DNA of 63,065 bases, counting the filler, from Folioceros fuciformis (Eukaryota): NCBI GenBank assembly GCA_049999805.1. It is 16 parts of 16 records of this genome, joined end to end, with 100 filler letters (N's around TTAATTAATTAA, not from the genome) between each part and the next. Parts side by side here need not be neighbours in the genome. Positions count along the whole stretch, not along the records: positions 12,748 to 18,252 come from JBNGIO010001807.1; positions 18,353 to 20,855 come from JBNGIO010001808.1; positions 20,956 to 23,627 come from JBNGIO010001809.1; positions 23,728 to 27,185 come from JBNGIO010001810.1; 12 more parts are not named here. The stretch is one strand, 5' to 3'. The notes under the pieces are model-generated. The model was given only the letters and a program-made list of their open reading frames with translations, had not been told where the DNA came from and ran no database searches. Shown in pieces: positions 12,748 through 25,660 of this stretch. How positions within the stretch are numbered: position 1 is the first letter of the stretch; each line of letters starts with the position of its first letter. The position numbers and the translations under genes are program-made.

Positions 12748-15700
12748 CGCAAGTCGGAAAGGCTTCAAAGATTGTCCCTTGAGCTCAAAGCTAAGGACCA
12801 TCTAGCGTGGCCCAAGTTCTGGGGCTGGATGCCCAAGCCTTCTGCGATCCGGAATCTCTCAAGCAAGTCCCGCTAAATGGGTATCGACACTCTGAAGAAC
12901 TACGAGAGGGGGTCTCACTTGCGAATCATTTCCTGGAATGTTAGGGGTTTTTTTTTTTTGTCGAAGACGGCGTTGAAGTGTAGAAGACTAAAGAATCTGC
13001 TAGAAGAGGAAGTCACATGGGATGTGGTGTGCTTGCAAGAGCATAAATTATCTCTTGAGCACATCCAGAAAGTGAAGATCTTTCTTCTTGGTAGAACAGA
13101 ATGAGCAGCAGCTAGAGCAAAGGATACAAGAGGTGGACAAATCCCTTCTCAACGAGTTTCGGCGATCAACGGAGGTGTGTCCATTGCATTTCACTCAGAA
13201 CAAACTCATAACATCCTGGAATCGGGGCAAGATGAGAATGGGAGGTTTGTGTGGCTGGTGCTACAAGCTCCTCAAGGTCCGGTTGGAATCTGCAATATTT
13301 ACGCGCATAATGTTGCCATTGACAAGAATATCCTTTGGTGTAGGCTGGGAGAGCAGCTTGATGAGCAGATCCCATGGATGCTGGCTGGCGACTTCAACTT
13401 TGTTGAATGCTGTGAGGACATTCGAGGGGATAGCCTAGTTGATGTCCGGGCGGTGCCTCTGTCTTGGCAGGAGCTGAGAGACACGATCTTGGCTGTGCAA
13501 GACCCTTGGGTGGCCCTCCTGGCACATCGCTAACCACAGTCCTTGTTGTTTAGCTGGTCCAACCAACAACAACAGAATTTGGGAGCGCGTAGGTTGGACA
13601 GGTTTTATTTACATCAGGGTGGTCGGCCTTCGTACAATCGTACAGTATTCTTGCTGGTACGATCCTTTCCGACCACCACCTCATTAGCTTGCACTTGACG
13701 CTTGCTCCTGAGTCTGATCGCCCAAGGAGGCGTATGCAAACACATCCTTATTGAAGGAAAAAGGTGTCTTCGAAGATATCAAAAACATTTGGTAGGGAGT
13801 TGAACGGGGGGAAGAAAATGCGGCGGTCAAATTGATGTGTGCTAACAATGAGGCGACTAGGTATTTGAGGAGGCGAGGGGTTCAACGAGCAAGAGAACAA
13901 CGCCAGTAAGAATGTTTTTTGAGGGAGGAATTGTGCTGATTACAAAGGAGCTGCAAGGGCCGGGACTTCACAAGTACGGAAGAGGTCTGGAAAACAGAGG
14001 TGCAGTGCGCTTTGGCCAAGTTGGAAGAAGACAGGGCCAGAGGTTGGTTTAAGCGGACCAAAGTTAAGTGGGTGAAGGAGGGGGATGGCCCCTCTAAATT
14101 CTTCGATAAGGTGGCCTCTAACCAACACAGGACGCAAATCCTTGCCCTCCCAGACGCGCGTGGCATGGTGCAAGAGTTGCTCGAAGGGTTAAAAACTCTT
14201 ATTACCCTCTTTTGGTTGCATTTTCTCCAATGTTGGGAAAGTGGCAGGGTGGGAACGGCTTTGGTCTTGTTCATATGGCGCGCTTTCCGCTGAAGTGTCT
14301 GAGGACCAGCATAGGGCTCTAGATAAGCCGATAACTGCTGATAAGGTGTTTCAGGCCTTGAAGGGGATGCCGAGGTATAAATCCCCGGGGCACGATGGTA
14401 TCCCTCCCGAGTTCCTGCTCTGGGGTTGGGAATTTATGCAACCGTTGTTCATGCAAGCGGTTACTATGTTTTGGGAGGACGGTAGCATGGGGAGCTGGTT
14501 CAATATGGGGGTTATCTCCCTGCTCCCTAAGGAAGACGCCAGTTTATCAATCTCCAATTTGCGCCCGATTACCTTGCTCACTACCACGTATAAGGTGATT
14601 GCTAAGGTACAAGCTAACCGAATTACACCATTTCTTGATGATTGGATTGAGAAAGAGCAGCAAGGGTTCATTCAAAATAGGTGCATCCTAGATAACCTCC
14701 TACTCTTGAGGGAAGCTAAGTACAACGCTCAGGTACAAAAGAAAGCCACCATTTTCATTTCCCTTGACTTTTACAAGGCTTATGATTCTATTGAGTGGCA
14801 TTTCCTATGGCGATGCCTGTGTAGCTTCGGGTTTGGGAATAATTTCTGCAGATGGATAGCCATTTTGTGTGAAGACGCAGGAGCCAAGGTGGCTGTTAAT
14901 GGGTCTTTTACGAAGCGCTTTGGCATCTCTCGGTCGGTACGTCAGGGCTGCTCCCTTGCTCCATTCTTAATTATTATCGTCACTGACTTCTTTCTTAGAG
15001 CAGTCAAGCAAGACCTGGCAGTGGTGGCTATTCGGAACCCAGATGGAATGCAGCTAAGGGTCTCTGCATTTGCAGATGACACTCTCCTCTTTTCCTCGGT
15101 AGAGGAGGCCTCATTGAAAGCGTTGCTTCGACAGGTCAAGGTCTTTGGTGAGCTATTGGGCTGCAAGGTGAACTGGAGCAACACGCGCATGATGTGTCTT
15201 CACATGGAGGGGGAGCCTCCTCAATGTTTTAATCACATTAGGCAAGTGGCTCTGGGTTCCACCCACAAGTATTTGGAGCTTCCTTTCCAAGAGGGGGATG
15301 AGAATGGAGAGATTGGGAAATACGTCTGCCTTAGGTTCATTCACAAAGCGGCTAGTCTACAGTTGCTAGAGCTCAATCTGGCAGGTAGGCTGGTGATGAT
15401 TAATCATATCCTTATTGCCTCTCTATGGTACTATTTGTTTTTGTGGGCCCCTTCTAAGATAGAGGTGAAGTGCTTACAACAGGTGCTGACCTCTTTCCTG
15501 TGGAAGCGTTCGGGGGATAGTATGGTTGGGTGCTCTAAAGAGGTTTGGCAGCATATTATTCAGGTGCGTGGACTGGGGGGTCTCGGGGTTGGACCCGATT
15601 GCCAAGATGAAAGTTTTGCATGCTCAATGGGTTGTCAGGGCAACTGATCCGGCATACTATCCTTGGAAGAGTCTTCTAACGCAGCATTTGGACTGCACCC

Positions 15701-17072
15701 AAGCTGTTCCCAGGGGAAGGAGATCTATAGACAATATTCTGGCTGACAAACTGTCACTCGATATTGCAGGATGCTCCCCACTCTTCAAGTCCATCTGGAG
15801 CAGTTACTTGGAGGTTAAACGATATATTATTCCGGGTAACTTTTCTCATGCGGATGATGTTCTTGGTATTCCTTTGCAGGGATTCTTGGGGTTGTGGGTT
15901 CAAGAGTTCAGGTCAAGGGTATATTGGTCACAAATTTTTGGGTTGGCTTGTCGTAAAGGCATTGTCCAGCTTGATCATTTATGGAATAGATTAGAGTCCC
16001 GTTGGAAGGAGGTAGAGGAGGTCAAAGGGGAATTTGGCCTAGGGGCCTGGCACGTCAGACTCATTTTTTTGTGGATGCTCGAGGGGCTAGAGGAAAAGGT
16101 GCAACAGATCGTAAGGCAACAACCTACCATAGGCGATGAAGGGTGGTATGCATATTCCATGGATAGTAGGGGAGTTGACTCAGAGGAGGAGGATGATCAA
16201 GAGGAAGCATTAGATTTAGATAGGGTGGTCTGGCTTGCGAGAGCTGATGACAAAGAGACATTGAAGTCGTTCAAGGTCATGTCGCAGGACGGTTTTTTGG
16301 AAGATCAGGGCAAAGATGACAGGGAAGCCTGAGGAGGGGAACTGCGGGCTATCACCGTCCTCTGTAAGTCCATTCGGGATGGGTGATGGTGCATTCCAGG
16401 CGAACGCCCAATTGGGCCACAAACCTCCGATAAAGCAAAGGTTCAGTGCTGGTTCCGTCTGGGTGAAAATTGGGCTCTAACCTTCAGACCATATCTCTAC
16501 AAGTGGCCCAAGCGTCCAGGGTGCAAGAAGGCTATGTCTTGATCTTTTTTCAACTTCCCAATGGCGGATTTGTTCCTTTGGTTGGTGCGAGCGCAGAAAA
16601 TCAAAGAAAGACAACCAATGGCTCCCCGTCTTCAGTTAGCTAGACGGCGACAAAGGGAAGCTATCAAGCTTCTATGGAAGTCCGCAGGAATCCCCCCCAA
16701 GGTCAGGTCTATGGTTTGGTATTTTTTTCAAGTGTGTTTGCCTAATGCGGATCGTTGGGATGGGCTTTTAGTTGCAACGGGGGAGGAATTGTATCGACTG
16801 TGCACCGTTGGGGCCTCGAACAAGAGTCAACACATGTTCTTTTACTATAGCTTTGCTCAAGAGATATGGAGGGAGGTAGGTAGGTGGCTTCGATTGATTT
16901 TTCCTGGTGTTAACCTCAGGATCACGACACAGTCAGCCTTATTTGGGCTGGATGCAACCTCGGGAAAACCTCTCCTTAAAACACAATGGTGGGGCTTACT
17001 GTGGTCTTCTTGCCTTTTTTATCTCTGGGTCAACTGGTCCTTGGTGGTCTATGGAGGATAGGAGTCAACTTC
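12748..17072 (+). mobile_element. L1-clade LINE (end of ORF1 plus decayed ORF2: APE endonuclease, RT, zf-RVT)
   Basis: IISWNVRG, VCLQEHK, NIYAHN, LAGDFN, SDHH, KSPGHDGIPPEF, LRPITLL, SLDFYKAYD, SVRQGCSLAP, AFADDT, GGLG, QHMFFYYSFAQEIW; multiple frameshifts. Confidence 0.95.
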
Positions 17073-18252
17073 TGTTAGAAAAGGGCTATGCCCTAATTAC
17101 TTTAATACTCGAACACTTATGCTAGTTAGGGTTTTACATATTTAGATACAAAACGCTACCCTAGCTATACGGGCAGAAGGCCAACGGCCAACTGCTAGGT
17201 AACGGCTAACTGCTGTACCGATCTCCTGTTCACGCGACCACAAAGGCCGACGGACACAACATAATTCATAATCTTTTCTCTCACGCACGTCTCGCTCCTG
17301 TTCGGCCGATCCTAGTCCATGTCTTAATATGGTATTAGAGCTATGGATCCCGACATTGTGGATCCTAGCTTTGGGCGCATTGCTCATTTGCTTACGTTGA
17401 TGAATCCTGATCTTGCATATATGGTCGCACAAGAGGACAAACCTGCGATTACCTCCCCCATAAGAAAGAAAGTGCGAGTCTTGAGGAAGCGCAGCACCAG
17501 ACAGTAATCTCTGAAGTGCACCAATGCCTTAGAGAAGGTGCCAAGGTTCCCATTGGCACGCTCCAGGGTCCTCACACGGTAGGGGATATTGTCATACACC
17601 ACAACATAGGATCCAGTTACCGAGTCTCCTATCTTCTATCAGAGAGTTGAAGATATCTGTTACGCAAGCACATCAAGCAATTGCTAATTTGTCCCACCAG
17701 GTCTCGAATCTGCGCAAAGACCAGCAGTCAGTCAACACTCAAATTGTCAAACTTCTTCTCTTGCATAAATTGGGAGAAAGCAATTTGGTCAAGCCCACGT
17801 TTGAGCCAGCAGCTGTTGACTCATCAAAAGAAAGCTTGCTGGAGCGGTATGTGGAAGCGACCGCCGAATGTTTCCTAGAGGGCGTTGAGGCAAGTCACAA
17901 GAGCCCACATGGAGCGAACCTGTAAAAGACCTTCGAGCTAGGAGGAAGGCCCGTTCAGTCTCACCGACGCGGAAGCCATACAAAGTCATGGCGAATCCTC
18001 CACCACCTACAACAACGGTGACAAACATAAGGTTAGATTTCAAGGACCGAGATCGGTTCGACGGCTCCGGCTACGATGTCTGGATGCAGCGTGTGAAGAT
18101 TCTTTTCCAACTTGAGGACCTGTGGGATGTGGCTTCTGGCACAACTACCAAGCCTGTTGCCGCAACGTCAGCCCCCGATGTCATCGCCAAGTGGGAGAAG
18201 ACCGACCTGCGTGCACGAGCTTTGCTTTAGTCCGCGCTGGACAGCTCAAAGA
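17073..18252 (+). mobile_element. Ty1/copia 5' end: LTR 17073-17329, iMet-type PBS 17330-17341, long leader, gag from 17988
   Basis: TGTTAG start, TGGTATTAGAGC PBS, gag N-terminus FKDRDRFDGSGYDVWMQRVKILFQLEDLW; inserted in the L1 3' end. Confidence 0.88.
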
Positions 18253-18352
18253 NNNNNNNNNNNNNNNNNNNNNNNNNNNNNNNNNNNNNNNNNNNNTTAA
18301 TTAATTAANNNNNNNNNNNNNNNNNNNNNNNNNNNNNNNNNNNNNNNNNNNN

Positions 18353-19459
18353 CGCTCTAGTGCTTAGGTGTCCCAGTTGTTTACAGCGTGCACAGAAGAA
18401 TGACTGTGGGTTAGGCTTACGAGGGGGTGCTAGTGTAGGGTGGTGTGATCGAGGCTTCCCTCGACCTGCATGACTAAGTGAGCGTGCAAGAGCCTCTCCT
18501 ATGTCTGATAGGAAATGTGATGTAGGATCCCCGTCTTGCTCTGTTGCATGGCGCCTCCTACAATTGCCTCGATGCGGCATGGTGGCAAAGTTTCATGTGG
18601 GCAGAATTGCTCGGGTTCTCAGAAAAACGCAACAACGCCCACAGCTGCCATCTCACACGTCCTCCAATCTGGTCGCCGAGGCAAGCGCACACGAGTTTGC
18701 AGGCGCGTGCCTGTCAAATCACATGCGCGCTCAACGGATTGCTAGCGTGCATGCTAGGACAGCTGTAAAACCCTTGGCGCCGCCGCGCTAATCTGCAGAC
18801 ACCGCCGTTGGATCTGCAGGTGTGCAACCGGGGCGCGCTCATGGATTTGGCTGCGCACACACCAGGCGACCATTTGATTATGTCCACACGCTTAGATCTA
18901 TGGGCAATCCAGCGGAACATGCACCCCTTCGTTGCTGGCGCCTCTTAAAAACGGGCTCGCGGCGCCAAAAACGGGCGCACGTGTGTGGGTCTGGCGCGCG
19001 TGCATGTGTCCGTGCACAGCATGGCTAGGCAGGTTTGGATCTGGCCATGCTACATCCGGATTTGAGTGTGTGGGTGCACGATCTCGTGAGAGCCTGGCTC
19101 TGATACCAAAGAGAAATCTTTGAAAGGAGAGAGAAAAAGCATTTCATTAGATGCACGGGCACCTTATGTACACCCGGCAGTTAGGGTTTCAAGTCTTTGG
19201 ATGTATTGTTTGTAGTTATTTACGTATGGTTTTATTTACAGGTCTATTATATATATGCTGCTGCTAGACTAGACTATTTGTATTTGAATCGTTCTAGCAC
19301 CTAGTCTTAATGATCATGCATTCTTTGTTCATCCCTTATGATATAGTTACCCATTTTCCTGTCCCAAGTTTAATACTCGTGCGACTTATTGTCTCTAAGT
19401 GCCATGGTATTTCTCTACCGCCAGAATATTATAAAATATAATAAATATTCTCTATAACA
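18353..19459 (-). mobile_element. LTR retrotransposon 5' end (LTR ~19109-19459, PBS 19097-19108, decayed gag knuckle)
   Basis: Perfect TGGTATCAGAGC on the minus strand; TGTTATAG LTR start; CARCKQLGHLST knuckle-like motif at the contig edge. Confidence 0.75.
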
Positions 19460-19688
19460 AAGTATTTCTTAGCTAGGTAGTTACTAAAAGATTAACATGA
19501 GCCTTAAGTAATAAATAGAGCCTACCGATTCGGAGAGAGTGTAGGCTTGTCTGAAATTGTACGGGACGCACACTAGGCCTGCATGCGTGCTGCAGCATAA
19601 ACGTCCCTTATTGTGTAGTGTGGGAGTCTTTATTCCCTCTAGAACGGCCAATTTCTTTTGCCAAGGAAGGTTTGTACACACGATTTTT

Positions 19689-20780
19689 TCAAAAGCAGTC
19701 AGGTGTCATCCCGATCGCATGACGGACCTTGACTCGTAAGACAGATCTTGATCGATGTGTCCATTCAGTTGAGGTCGCTGCCATGGACACTGGAGGTCGG
19801 TGCGAGGGACTAGAGACAAACTTGTCAGCCTTATTCGATAAGATAGTCTTGTCACCATTGTTATTCGAGCATAGCTGTGTCCACCCGTCCCACATCCTGG
19901 ACACAACAACCCCGTCGCGGTCGTAACCACCGAGCTGCAGCGAGCTGAAAAGAAATTCTCCTCACACAATTTCCACATGAACGACGTGCACAATGTACAA
20001 ATGTGCATTTCCCGGGGATCGGAGGCAGACATCGTCGGACTCTCGGGACGGTGGGCATCGTTTTCTAGTCCCGGTTTCATACTGTGATGTCACCAGCAGA
20101 GCCGGCCAGCACCAGTCAAGACTGAACAGAATCTTGGACCTGGTTGAATTCAACTCAAAGTCAAGGGATTTCCAACAGACTCTGGTCCAGCACGCCAACT
20201 GGCACAGCACTTTGCGGCAACACTGAATCGACCTGCTTGCTTTTTTGTACATTTTGTCACATCTGCGCACGGTCACTCTTCCCGACACATGGCAGCAAAG
20301 CGGTGTCGTCCAGGTATGCGTTCACATACATAAGTTGCTCAATGACCCGTACATCGCCTTGCACGGATGCTCGTTCTTGTAGGGTGCCACGCATGCCCAC
20401 CGGTAACCAGTTTTCGCGCTCTGGTATTCAGCCAGATCGCACTCCAACACGTCAACGGTGACGAGCTCTGTTACAGTAGCATTGTACTGCCAACACGAGA
20501 ATCTCATGTCCGCCATGCTTTGCGCACCAGGTCCTAAACCTCGGACCCACTGTATAAAGCCTCCTGAACCCGGCTTGGCACCGGCACTAGTGAGATCGTT
20601 CATTCTGAGCGATTCCGCGAGCCCAATCCAGCTGTGCTGCAGCCCATCACAATGCCTTTGGGAGAGGCCAATCTGTTCGGCCTCCACCAGTTCGATAACC
20701 AAACCGGCTTTTTCTCCCAAGCTGTCTTTGCACAGGTATGGAAACCCCGGGGAAGGGGATGATCATCCTGGATCCAGATG
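19689..20780 (-). other. Possible spliced host gene fragment of unknown product
   Basis: Non-repetitive ~50% GC sequence with an AG/GT-bounded open segment 20486-20330 (YNATVTELVTVDVLECDLAEYQSAKTGYRWACVAPY); no family recognised. Confidence 0.3.
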
Positions 20781-21200
20781 CTGAATCATTTGGAACAAAT
20801 TTGAACCCGTGAGGGTGAGGAATGTTTGTGGCAGGGGGTGGGATACGCGCTGCTGNNNNNNNNNNNNNNNNNNNNNNNNNNNNNNNNNNNNNNNNNNNNT
20901 TAATTAATTAANNNNNNNNNNNNNNNNNNNNNNNNNNNNNNNNNNNNNNNNNNNNATACTACATAGCTGCTAACCTAATTCTAGCTTGCCAGGTTAAAAT
21001 AATCATCAATCCTTGATCGATGTCGAGTTGCTTTCATCCAATGACTAGCAATATGTTTTTGTAACTGAGAATGCAACTTCAAAGCATCAAGAGTGTTATG
21101 TGGCATCTCTTCCAAAAACATCTTCGCTATCCTCATAGCATTATCTACAGCATCCTTTGTCGTACGCGTTCTTGGCGCAAACCTCTTTCCTTTGTTGCTT

Positions 21201-21580
21201 TGTTAGGGTAGCATGCTTGCGCGACGGATTGGGCGGCATTGTTCCTCCACGTCAAAGAGAATGGGTAAGGAACATGTACAAAATATATCACAGCAAGACA
21301 ACAACTTACAACACCATAAGATTTGTTAGGGTAGCATGCTCGCGCGACGGATTGGGCGGCATTGTTCCTACACGTCAAAGAGAATGGGTAAGGAACACAT
21401 ACAAAATATCACACAGCAAGACAACAACTTACAACACCATAAGATTTGTTAGGGTAGTATGCTTAGGGTAGTATGCTTGCACGACGGATTGGGCGGCATT
21501 GTTCCTACACCTTAAAGAAAATGGGTAAGGAATACATACAAAATATCTCACAGCAAGACAACAATTACAACACCATAAGA
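21201..21580. repeat. Tandem repeat, 123-bp unit x ~3
   Basis: Units start TGTTAGGGTAG at 21201, 21324 and 21447 and are near-identical over their full length. Confidence 0.95.
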
Positions 21581-21663
21581 CAACTTGTACAATGAAACAA
21601 CTTATGTACTAAGAACAATGCTTTGATCACAAAGCATAGTGTACAAAACTACTACATATATAA

Positions 21664-21835
21664 GCCCAATCTCAACGATTGTCTATGTTTTATGATATAA
21701 TCTAGATAGCCTTGAACTTGACATAATCTCAATAACTCATTATTTAATGGCCCAATCTCGATGACTATCTATGTTTTATGATATAATCTAAATAGCCTTT
21801 AACTTAACATAGTTTCAATAACTCATTATTTAATC
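21664..21835. repeat. Tandem duplication, ~86-bp unit x 2
   Basis: GCCCAATCTC...AATAACTCATTATTTAAT occurs twice. Confidence 0.9.
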
Positions 21836-21929
21836 TCGATAAGATAATTTCTTTTATTTTTTATTTTTTTTAAATATGTATTTTTCCTTTTACAGAGGTG
21901 TATTTACATTGAATGTTTGTGAGACATGT

Positions 21930-22072
21930 TCCATTTACAAATTAGAGGATTTCCCATACAAATTAGAGGATTTCCCATTTACATGTAGCACATTCAAGGA
22001 AGTAAGCCCGGCTTTCCATTTAAAGGGGTTCCATTTATAGGGGTCCCAATCAATTAGAGGGGTTTTACTGTA
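21930..22072. mobile_element. Terminus of a Tc1/mariner (pogo-like) DNA transposon with subterminal repeats
   Basis: Ends ...CAATTAGAGGGGTTTTACTG|TA (reverse TA|CAGTAAAACCCCTCTAATTG); internal AATTAGAGG and CCATTTA repeats; other end not in the contig. Confidence 0.65.
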
Positions 22073-24018
22073 GTTCGTTAGTATTACATAAGAGTTCGGT
22101 AGTATTACATAAGAGCTCGGACGTAGATTATCGGCTGTCTCCGGATTGGGACAACAGGTCTCTGATTGATGTCAGTCATGAGGCTGTAAATGGACTCTCA
22201 TGCATGAGAAGACATAGTTGACAGAGGATGGTTTGAAATGCCAGTGCGACATGTTCGACTCTTTTCATTTGATTAGTATCTTGGTAAGGCTAAAAGATAA
22301 AATTCTGGACACTAAAAGATAAAATTCTGAGCAGGTGTCCAGAACATACTGTTGTTGAAAGCTCAAGCAACATCTAGTTGACAAGGTCAAACAAGCTCGA
22401 AGCTTGGTTTTTGTCCAGGCAATAGGATGTCGTGGCCAAGAAGAAAGTGACGTATCTACATTGATAAAATGGATGATAGTGAAGCCCTGTACCAAACGGG
22501 AAGAGTGAAGAACAAGCAAGAGGCGGGGTGATCTTTGGCTTCATCATGGCCGACAATATGGTGAGCATAACAACAAACGTGTTATGTAATTGATGAGGTC
22601 ACAAGCTAAGTGGAAGGACCAACAGCGGGAACAACAAGAACAATATCATATCATATTACTAGGAAACAAGCCCCACAGACTCGGGAGGAGTTGGGGGCGG
22701 GTAGCGTGACGAAGCGTTATTCCCAGAAAGTGCTCTTTTTAGTAGTCTAGGAAGATTGTGCATCATTGTGTTGCATCCACTTCTTGGCGTGTTTGGTCGA
22801 GTGGAATAGAATCAAGCCGCTCGTTGAATGTACTGAGGAACCATACACGTCCCTTTTGTTTCTTGTTCCTGCTCTTGTCGTCTTCGGGTCCAAAGTGAAA
22901 GCGTACTACACTTGCAAGTCGAAGCTTTGTCTTCGCTTGCTCATCGAATCGTGAGACACAAATTGTCTTCTTCGTAGGAAAGTCCGAAAGCTTGGCTGGC
23001 CGCCAAGTAGGCTGAATGCCCCCACTCAATCTCTGATTGCTTGGATCCATCAGTAGGGCTTTGCGCTATCGCAAGGGATGACAAAATTCTTCTCCGCGTC
23101 TCATATGAAATTGCCGAACTGGCAAGAAAGCTTCAGATTGAGAATTGCGATTTTACTCTCCCCATGACGCAAAACAATGGCCAAGCTAAACGACGAGGCC
23201 TTACCGGCTACGGTCTTGATCATCCGACCTGCTTGAATGTGCTGTGATTCTCACCACTGAGTCATGGCTAATGCCTTCGACGTTATAGCAGCTCCCCTTG
23301 CTTTGTCCATTCCACGAATCCGCTCCATCAGCTTGAAAAGTTTGTTACGTTCAAGCCCACGCTAAAGCTCCTAAAAGCTCACATTTTGGTGTGTTCAAAC
23401 TACTGTGAGACCGGCATTGCTTCCCATGAACAGGAATCTGAGAGCTCTGCTTTGGAATATGCTTCAAGGCTGTGGTGCGGGCAAGGAGGGAACTAAAAGG
23501 TAAGTGGATGCCAGCACCTAAACAATGCAATGGAATAGAAAAGGCCTAGCCCTACAGTTCCGATTGATTAATGAGATTCTACTGGTCATACTTGTCTCTC
23601 TTAGGAAGACAAGCACTGACGCTTACTNNNNNNNNNNNNNNNNNNNNNNNNNNNNNNNNNNNNNNNNNNNNTTAATTAATTAANNNNNNNNNNNNNNNNN
23701 NNNNNNNNNNNNNNNNNNNNNNNNNNNGGCACATAGAAAGATAGAAAAGAATATTTTGTTTTAAAGAGATGAAAATCCCATCCACCCAAACAAGAGAAGG
23801 AAAGAACTATGGAGAGCTAAAAGTCAAAGGAGATACGAATACAAGTCACGTAAGTCCGGACAAACGTTTTATGCCATTAGGCATGCACTAGTACTCAACC
23901 TGTAAATCTCTTTTGCCAAATTGCTTTGTAACGCTATCAAAATGCATTGTAGAAAGAAGCTAGCACCAAAAAAAAGAAAGACCCCATCTTGTGATTGCAA
24001 TAAATGTTTGCACAATCC

Positions 24019-24230
24019 TTAATAAATCTTGAGAAGTCCTTGTCCATGAGCTCCTTGATAGATCTTGAGAAGTCCTTGTCTATGGGCTCCATGATAGATC
24101 TTGAGAAGTCCTTGTCCATGGACTCCTTGATAGATCTTGAGAAGTCCTTGTCCATGGGCTCCATGATAGATCTTGAGAAGTTCTTGTCCATGAACTCTTT
24201 GATAGATCTTGACAAGTCCTTGCCCATAGA
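24019..24230. repeat. 36-bp minisatellite x ~6, with one inverted copy at 24324-24351
   Basis: GATAGATCTTGAGAAGTCCTTGTCCATG... repeats; the inverted copy reads TATGGGCAAGGACTTTTCAAGGTTTATC. Confidence 0.93.
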
Positions 24231-24925
24231 TAGAAGGATAAAAAAACAAGAAGGATAAAAGTGTCATTCTACGAAAGTATTCTCCTCTGCAAGAGGAACA
24301 TTTGCTCTTGAGACTCATGGGACTATGGGCAAGGACTTTTCAAGGTTTATCGGAATCATAGAAATGGTGTTCTCCTTCTTTCCTCTATGGTGGCCTTCTT
24401 TTGATAACAAGCCTATTTTTTCTATGGTGGGCTTCTTTGGCACCGATGGTAAGTAGACCTTTTGTTATTCCACATCATGACATTTTGAGAGTAGTAGGTA
24501 GGTATTGAGAATGATATTCGAAGGGGCTAGTACCTTTTTGGCCTTTCGCCATGCTCAAGTTGTTCCTCCAATCTTTAGAGTAGATGAGACTTTTCATTTT
24601 TTTTCCAATAATAAAAATTACACATAGTTATATCATAAGAACATATCTATGAACCTTGCTTGTAGTGCATTCTTCATCCCTTAAGTTCTCTATCTTAGAG
24701 TCTAGTGTATATGTGACAACCACAACTGCAACATAAATGTGCTTTGTTACACAATGTATAAGAATGCTCTCTATAAGGAAAAACTATAGAACAATAATGA
24801 ATAGGTAGATCTCCATATTGTCTTTGCATTTGATTCTGTATTTAAAATATATTTTAAATAATAATATGAAGACTTTATTAAATAAAAGAGATGCAAAACC
24901 CGTCTATCCAAACTCATGAGGGCCC

Positions 24926-25038
24926 ACCTATTGGCCAAAAACAAAAGAGGCTTAGTCCTTACGATTGTTAATAACAAAAATTACCTACTGGCCAAGAACA
25001 AGGGGGCCTAGTCCTTACTAGTGTTAATAACAAAACTT
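24926..25038. repeat. Tandem duplication, ~57-bp unit x 2
   Basis: CCTAYTGGCCAARAACAA...GTCCTTAC...GTTAATAACAAAA occurs twice. Confidence 0.85.
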
Positions 25039-25132
25039 ATGTACTATAATGTCATAATTTGAGTTGAGGAAAACCTATCTACAATTGATACAATAATGTT
25101 TCAAGATTTGATTTGCTATGAGAAAAGGTCAC

Positions 25133-25221
25133 ATTGTGATATGAAATGAGAAAAGACATTATTTCACATCACAATATTTTGGGAGTAGTGTTGTGAAGCT
25201 TTTCAACACTACTCCCAAAAT
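25133..25221. repeat. Two abutting inverted repeats (hairpins)
   Basis: Arms 25133-25147/25161-25175 (14 of 15 complementary) and 25176-25193/25204-25221 (18 of 18). Confidence 0.9.
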
Positions 25222-25388
25222 TATTAATGTATGACTGTATTAAGACATGACTCTTTGTCTTTCAACAACTATCTAAACTTTAATATGTATACATACATCT
25301 ATACTTGTATTTGTATGTATATGGGTGGCCAGCCCTATATTGACATAGGCATATATTCTTGCAAGTGTTTAGACACACACGATGTCAT

Positions 25389-25660
25389 CCCTTGGGTGCT
25401 TCCTCTCCGTCATGCACACCAAGGCTATTGGTATCTTTGCACTCTTTAGTGGCTCAATTCACACAAGATCAACAAAGAGAGCAAAGCTTTGTTTATCCCT
25501 TCTCCCTCGATATGAGTGGGTGATCACAGGTCATAACACATGATGCCTCCCCTTGGGTGCTTCCTCTCCGTTGTGCACAACAAGGCTATTCGTCATCTTT
25601 CTACTCTTTAGTCTTTAGTGGCTCACTTCATACGATATCGGCAAAGGGAGCAGAGCTTTG
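25389..25660. repeat. Diverged direct repeat (~105 bp, ~160-bp period)
   Basis: CCCTTGGGTGCTTCCTCTCCGT...GCTTTG at ~25389 and ~25550. Confidence 0.85.

Noticed and set aside
21201-21580. CRISPR array
   Set aside because: Whole 123-bp units repeat with no unique spacers; eukaryotic context.
22265-23627. Possible host gene on the minus strand
   Set aside because: Short ORFs could not be joined into a recognisable spliced product.
23937-24318. Repeat proteins on both strands (MDKDFSRSI and similar)
   Set aside because: Open frames are a by-product of a stop-free 36-bp minisatellite.
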